Positions 15,592 through 20,000 of a stretch of 20,000 nt of DNA are shown in pieces. The notes below the pieces were generated by a model. That model did not search any database. It was not told the origin of the DNA and saw only the letters and a list, made by a program, of their open reading frames with translations. A program made the translations under genes and the position numbers. The stretch lies in the IMG/VR virus record IMGVR_UViG_3300005617_000382, one strand, 5' to 3'. How positions within the stretch are numbered: the first letter of the stretch is position 1; each line of letters begins with the position of its first letter. The DNA comes from an uncultured virus (IMG/VR IMGVR_UViG_3300005617_000382) (taxonomy: Duplodnaviria > Heunggongvirae > Uroviricota > Caudoviricetes).

Positions 15592-17609
15592 AGCGGATCG
15601 ACCCCCGCCCCCAGCGTCACCGCTCGCCCGTCCAGCGTGAACGTCACCCCGATGTCGGCGAACCGCACGCTGGTCGTCGCCGTACTTGTCGCGCCGTCGA
15701 TCGACAGCACCGTGACGTACGTCCGGTCCCCTGCTGGTTGCACCTGATCGAGCCGCCATGCACCGCTGAAGTCGCTGTTGCTGCGGAAGTCAAACGCGGT
15801 CCAGGTCCCGGTAGCGGGTTGCAGCCGGACCACCTTGAGCCGGCCGACCGTCGCGGACTCACCGGAGATAGCCGGGGCGACTGGCACGACGAGCTGCCAG
15901 ATCTGCGCCTGCGAGCTCACAACGTGATCCTGGACGATAACGACGTCCGGCATCAGCCACAGCACCTGCCGTCGGACCATCGCAACCGCGCCCGCGTAGA
16001 CCGGCGTGACGTCAACCGAGGCGAACAGATAGCCTGGACCAGCGTGCAGCGCAAGCAGCTTGCTCGAGGTGCCCTCGCGCTGCTGCTGCCCCTCGATCCG
16101 GACCAGCGAGTGCGCCTCGGGCAGCCCGACCAACGTGCCGTTCATCCGTACACCGCTGTGCGACGTGATGACCGCGTCGTACGCCAGCCACTCGCCCTTG
16201 TAGATCATCAGCGAGCCCTGGTCCTGGTGCGCGTGTGACTGCGTGAACGGACCGGCGATCAGGTTCAGCCACGTGGCCGACGAGGCGATCCCGCGGCGCT
16301 TGCCTCGCGCCTGCATCGCTGTGCCCCACCCACTGCGCGCGTAGATCTGCCCCGTGCCCGCGGCGTAGCGGACCAGCGGTAGGTCGACCGGCACGCCCGG
16401 AACCGTCGGCGCGTACACGAAGTCGTAGCCCAACATGAACCCCCACTGCATGGACGGCACGCTCGATGCGGCGAGCACCGCGACAGCACGCGCGGCCTCC
16501 GGTGCAGTGGGGTACAGCGCGATCAGCTCGAGCACGTAGGCCCGCTCGTAGTCGGCCAGCATCGCAGTGGAGTCCCTGCTCTGGTCACCGATCGGCGCCT
16601 TGCGATCAAGCGTCGGGACCCAGGTCGCCAACATCGTCGACAGCGACGCCCGCGTGTGTGACGTGCGGTCCGCGATCGGTTCGCCCGTGCTCCACTGCCA
16701 GAGCGCGTAGAGCTCCCACAGGTTGCGCAGTGCCACCCCGTAGCCGGTGCCCTCGCGCGATCCGCCACCGGCGAGCTGTGCGTTGAACTCAGTCACGAGC
16801 CGATCGATGCGCTCGCGGAACTTCGCGATGTGCGTCGCTGCCGCGGCACTCTCGCCGGTGGTCGCCAGCCCGAGCAGCATCGTGGCACGCAGGAACGAGT
16901 AGTAGTAGTTGTTGCTCGGGTCATCGACTCCCCAGCCGGTCCACGGAGCGCTACGTCCGCCCCAGCTCGCGGACTTCCAATTCCAGACGTTGCTGACCGC
17001 TTGGTTAGCGTAGTTCGTCCATCGAGCGCGCTGCGCCGCTGTCGTCGACGACGCGCACCAGTCGTAGACCAGCGCGAGATCGCCGATCATCTCGCCGATC
17101 TGCAGGTAGCTGTCGCCAGCGACCTCCGGGTTCGCGCCGGCCGCGATCTTGACCTCGGCCGCGTTGACCTGCGCATCGACGACAGCGACGGACTTGACGC
17201 AGTACCTGGCGTCACCAGTCAGCGCCGACAGGAGCGCGCCGTTCCACGCCGCGAAGTTGTAGACGTCCGCACCGCTCAGCCAGCGGTCGACCGTGGCGCG
17301 CCAGCGAGCTCCGGCCGGCGCTGAGAGCCCCGCCTTGAGCCGTGAGGTTTGAGAGCCGAGCATGATCCGCGGGTGACCGGTGGGCAGCGGCGGCGGGGGT
17401 GCGGCATCGATCGCCGGTGGCACTACGACCACCGCGCCATCAACCGGCACCGGAGGCACGCCGGCGTCCCGAGGGCAGCAGCAACAGCTGTCGGCCACGG
17501 TCGCGTCTCGAGCAGCCGGCAGTGGCACCGGAGGCTGCACGGGCTGCCGCTGCGACGAGCAGGCCATGACCATGGCGAGGCTGCAGATGAAACACAGCGT
17601 CTTGTTCAT
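15588..17609 (-). CDS. Lipoprotein, heparinase II/III-like polysaccharide lyase
   Basis: AAGGAG RBS; signal ending MVMAC; Pro-rich linker; HPR start of the catalytic region; NNYY, EGTGYG, and SHAHQDQGS (HxHxDxxS) motifs. Confidence 0.75.
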   Translation of the reverse strand: MNKTLCFICSLAMVMACSSQRQPVQPPVPLPAARDATVADSCCCCPRDAGVPPVPVDGAVVVVPPAIDAAPPPPLPTGHPRIMLGSQTSRLKAGLSAPAGARWRATVDRWLSGADVYNFAAWNGALLSALTGDARYCVKSVAVVDAQVNAAEVKIAAGANPEVAGDSYLQIGEMIGDLALVYDWCASSTTAAQRARWTNYANQAVSNVWNWKSASWGGRSAPWTGWGVDDPSNNYYYSFLRATMLLGLATTGESAAAATHIAKFRERIDRLVTEFNAQLAGGGSREGTGYGVALRNLWELYALWQWSTGEPIADRTSHTRASLSTMLATWVPTLDRKAPIGDQSRDSTAMLADYERAYVLELIALYPTAPEAARAVAVLAASSVPSMQWGFMLGYDFVYAPTVPGVPVDLPLVRYAAGTGQIYARSGWGTAMQARGKRRGIASSATWLNLIAGPFTQSHAHQDQGSLMIYKGEWLAYDAVITSHSGVRMNGTLVGLPEAHSLVRIEGQQQREGTSSKLLALHAGPGYLFASVDVTPVYAGAVAMVRRQVLWLMPDVVIVQDHVVSSQAQIWQLVVPVAPAISGESATVGRLKVVRLQPATGTWTAFDFRSNSDFSGAWRLDQVQPAGDRTYVTVLSIDGATSTATTSVRFADIGVTFTLDGRAVTLGAGVDPL

Positions 17610-17627
17610 CCCATCACTCCTTTGTCG

Positions 17628-18431
17628 TCACCAAACGACCGTCTCCCCGAGGGTCTGCAGAAGCGTCTTGACCTGCGCGTTGCTGAGCTCGGCCGCCGCG
17701 CCCCTAAACTCAGCGCCGTAGGCGTACACGGCGGCCGAGCAGAGACCGGTGTGTCCGCCGAACCAGATCGCCGAACCGCTGTTCGGTAGCACGTAGGTTC
17801 CGGCCAACGCCTCGAGCCCGGTGAGTAGCGCGATCGTCGACGCGGTGATGTTCACGCGCATCGCGATCCAGTGCTGCGTCCCGTTGTAGGACGCCGAGCT
17901 GTCGGTGGCGGCGCCGGCGACGATCCGCAGCTTGCCGGTCGTCTGCAGGTAGTTGATGACCGCTCCGGTCTGTACCCCCATCAGGTCTCGCGTACCGCCT
18001 GGGGCGACGCCGAAGTCGATGTACGTGAGCAACATCGTCGACGTCGTTCCGGGATTCGGCGCGCCTGTCGTTCCGAGAAGCTTCTTCGACGTGCCGCCGT
18101 CGGCATTCGTGTAGCCGAGTCGCGACGCGCCGGTCACCGGCGACTGCGGAGACCCGAATGTGTTGGTCAACGTGCAGCCGCCCGGCGTTCCCGAGTCGGC
18201 CGCATTCGCTGCGCCCTGCAACGTCCATACGTTGGCCGGGTTTCCCGTCGCCAGACCGGCCACGGTCATCACGATCGACCACTCGGCATCGGTTGCCGGG
18301 TAGCGCTTCAGGTTCGTCGGATCCTGGGTAACGCCAGCCAGCGGATCGACGGCGGCCGTGTCACCGACGAGGCCGATCCTCGATCCTATGCGCGGCCCGA
18401 TCCTTGGACCGATGTTCGGGCCGAACGCCAT
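17628..18431 (-). CDS. Putative virion/tail-associated protein (LamG-like beta-rich)
   Basis: Gly/Thr/Ala-rich; N-terminal GP(N/R)I repeats; QHWIAMRVN and IWFGG...LSNAQV resemble a LamG C-terminus. Confidence 0.55.
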   Translation of the reverse strand: MAFGPNIGPRIGPRIGSRIGLVGDTAAVDPLAGVTQDPTNLKRYPATDAEWSIVMTVAGLATGNPANVWTLQGAANAADSGTPGGCTLTNTFGSPQSPVTGASRLGYTNADGGTSKKLLGTTGAPNPGTTSTMLLTYIDFGVAPGGTRDLMGVQTGAVINYLQTTGKLRIVAGAATDSSASYNGTQHWIAMRVNITASTIALLTGLEALAGTYVLPNSGSAIWFGGHTGLCSAAVYAYGAEFRGAAAELSNAQVKTLLQTLGETVVW

Positions 18432-18932
18432 TTACACCTTGAGGCTCTCCGAGACCCTGGCGTCCCCACCCGTGCTACCGACGACCACGGCCAGACGGGT
18501 ACGGCTCGCGCTCGTCTCAGGGAGGTGATACTTCGCGCCCCCGACTCCTGCGCCGCTCGCGGCCACCACGCCAGCAGTCGCGCCGCTTCCGACAGTCCAT
18601 CCGGTGCCAATGACCGCGACATAGGCCGTGGTAGGCTTCTCGGGCGCCCACTCGCCGACCACCGTCGAGAAGTCGGTCACCTCTCCGCTGCCGTGATCGC
18701 AGTCCTCGATCGTGACCGAGGTCAGGATCAGCCCGGCCGTGTATCCCGTGATGTGGCATCCGACGAATGGCGCATCGCCGCCGCTCAGCGGGTAGTAGTA
18801 GGTCGTGTTGGCGACGAGGGTGTACTTGCCTGCGTTTCCTGCGCCTGCAACCGCCGCTGGCGTCGAGCCGTCAGTCGATTTGAGCGGAGCGACGTAGGTG
18901 CCGGTGACTCCGCTTATCCGTGCCATGCCCAC
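18432..18932 (-). CDS. Putative virion structural protein
   Basis: Gly/Thr/Val-rich beta-type sequence; GGAG RBS; directly abuts the next gene. Confidence 0.6.
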   Translation of the reverse strand: MGMARISGVTGTYVAPLKSTDGSTPAAVAGAGNAGKYTLVANTTYYYPLSGGDAPFVGCHITGYTAGLILTSVTIEDCDHGSGEVTDFSTVVGEWAPEKPTTAYVAVIGTGWTVGSGATAGVVAASGAGVGGAKYHLPETSASRTRLAVVVGSTGGDARVSESLKV

Positions 18933-19010
18933 ATCGTGGGCTCCGACGAGGATGGGGTCGAAAGGGTCACGTCCACGGGTGACGTGTCGGGTACGCTACC
19001 TAAGCTACCG

Positions 19011-19026
19011 TATTACATATGGAATA
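19011..19026. promoter_or_regulatory. AT-rich near-palindrome in a divergent intergenic region
   Basis: TATTACAT-ATGGAATA (7 of 8 pairs), preceded by the direct repeat GCTACC-taa-GCTACC. Confidence 0.4.
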
Positions 19027-19084
19027 TACCACGAGTCGTTTTCTCACTGGCGCTCGAAACGCGGCGTGATTACCGTTCGGGACC

Positions 19085-19504
19085 ATGAGAACAGACTTGA
19101 CCCTGCGCCTGGTGTTGATGGGCGGACTTGTCGTGATGGCGTTCATGGCCGGGTGCGCCGACCAAGATCCGCCGTGCGGCTCCCTTCCAGGCAACCAAGA
19201 GGCGCGTGACCGCGCGTGCACCGACTCGAGTTCTCCCCAGTTCCATCTGCCGGCCGCCGAGTGCGACGCGTCCTATGTGACCGGGACGTTCCAGCCGGCA
19301 TGGTGCGAGGTCGGCTGCACGCCGGCCGCCGCCGAGACCGGCGCCGCGTGCAGCAACGCGTCAAACCCGTTCTTCCGCGACACGATCAACTGCCAAGCGA
19401 CGCACGCCGTCGGAGATCAGATCGGGTGCTGCGTCGCGGGGACCAGCAACGACCCGGTCTGGGGCACGAAGAACGATGCCGTGATGTTCTTCTCGTGCCC
19501 GTGA
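19085..19504 (+). CDS. Cys-rich lipoprotein
   Basis: Lipobox MAGC; multiple additional Cys residues. Confidence 0.7.
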   Translation: MRTDLTLRLVLMGGLVVMAFMAGCADQDPPCGSLPGNQEARDRACTDSSSPQFHLPAAECDASYVTGTFQPAWCEVGCTPAAAETGAACSNASNPFFRDTINCQATHAVGDQIGCCVAGTSNDPVWGTKNDAVMFFSCP

Positions 19505-19950
19505 TGTGGTCGGCGCTGGCCCTTGCTGCAATCGCATCGGTGGCCGCAGGGTGCGCGTCAGCTCCAGGCTTGCATCAAGTGCAACGCGCGGCAACGGTTG
19601 ACGCAAGTTTCAGTGCAGCCTGGAGTGCAGTCATCGATCTGTTCAGCGATCTCAACTGGACGATTCAGACCGTCGACAAGAACTCTGGTCTTATCGCCTC
19701 GGACTGGCTGAACGTCGGCGATGACTTCGCCGACTGCGGCAGCGCGCCACTCGCGCGAGACGTCGCCACACAGCTCCGGCTAAACGTTAGAGTGAAGGAA
19801 GTAGACGGCGGAACCCAGGTCACCGTCAACACGACGTACCGGAAGTACCGCTCCTTCGACGGCAACATCTCCGTGGTGCAGTGCGCATCGCTCGGCGTGA
19901 TGGAGTCGAAGATCCACGCCGCGGTCCGCCGCCGCAGTGCCGCTCACTAG
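19504..19950 (+). CDS. Lipoprotein, BamC-like helix-grip domain candidate
   Basis: TGATG coupling; lipobox AAGC; W.AV..LF..L...I...DK.SGLI..DW pattern. Confidence 0.65.
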   Translation: MWSALALAAIASVAAGCASAPGLHQVQRAATVDASFSAAWSAVIDLFSDLNWTIQTVDKNSGLIASDWLNVGDDFADCGSAPLARDVATQLRLNVRVKEVDGGTQVTVNTTYRKYRSFDGNISVVQCASLGVMESKIHAAVRRRSAAH

Positions 19951-20000
19951 AACGCGCCGAGCGTGACGTCGAAGTCGTCGCGAACGAGCTGCAGGGTGAT
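19947..20000 (-). CDS. 3' end of a minus-strand gene (…ITLQLVRDDFDVTLGAF*)
   Basis: Open frame with high GC3; stop overlaps the convergent stop at CTAG. Confidence 0.45.
   Translation of the reverse strand: MTLQLVRDDFDVTLGAF

Noticed and set aside
18942..18953. 12-mer TCCGACGAGGAT also present inverted at 6911-6922
   Set aside because: 12-bp matches are expected by chance in 20 kb of high-GC DNA; no supporting context.
17871..19088. 405-aa + strand ORF and similar long antisense ORFs (e.g. 9269-10258, 664-1428)
   Set aside because: Arg/Gly-rich shadow frames opposite well-supported genes, typical of high-GC DNA.

Overview
High-GC temperate phage or prophage-type DNA. The Cys-rich and 'DAG/PPP'-rich lipoproteins suggest a diderm host such as Myxococcota (inference). 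Bases 1-11.5 kb form a tightly coupled + strand early operon: Cas4-like PD-(D/E)XK nuclease, Sak4-like ATPase, SSB, short beta-clamp-like protein, many small ORFs, a CMP/dCMP-type deaminase, a tyrosine integrase with a putative attP region, and a T5orf172/GIY-YIG protein. Bases 11.55-18.9 kb are a convergent - strand late/lysis block: two putative virion proteins, a heparinase II/III-like lipoprotein, membrane coiled-coil proteins, a holin-like protein and a papain-like peptidase. Two lipoprotein genes lie on the + strand at 19.1-19.95 kb. The most unusual element is at about 10.93-11.22 kb, where divergent promoters appear to drive a 52-aa membrane peptide leftward and a non-coding cassette rightward. 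That cassette is a ~118-nt long-stem RNA capped by a tRNA-Thr(UGU)-like head with a broken acceptor stem, then a degenerate tRNA-fMet-like gene whose 3' end abuts the next ATG. All calls come from reading motifs by eye; no searches were run.
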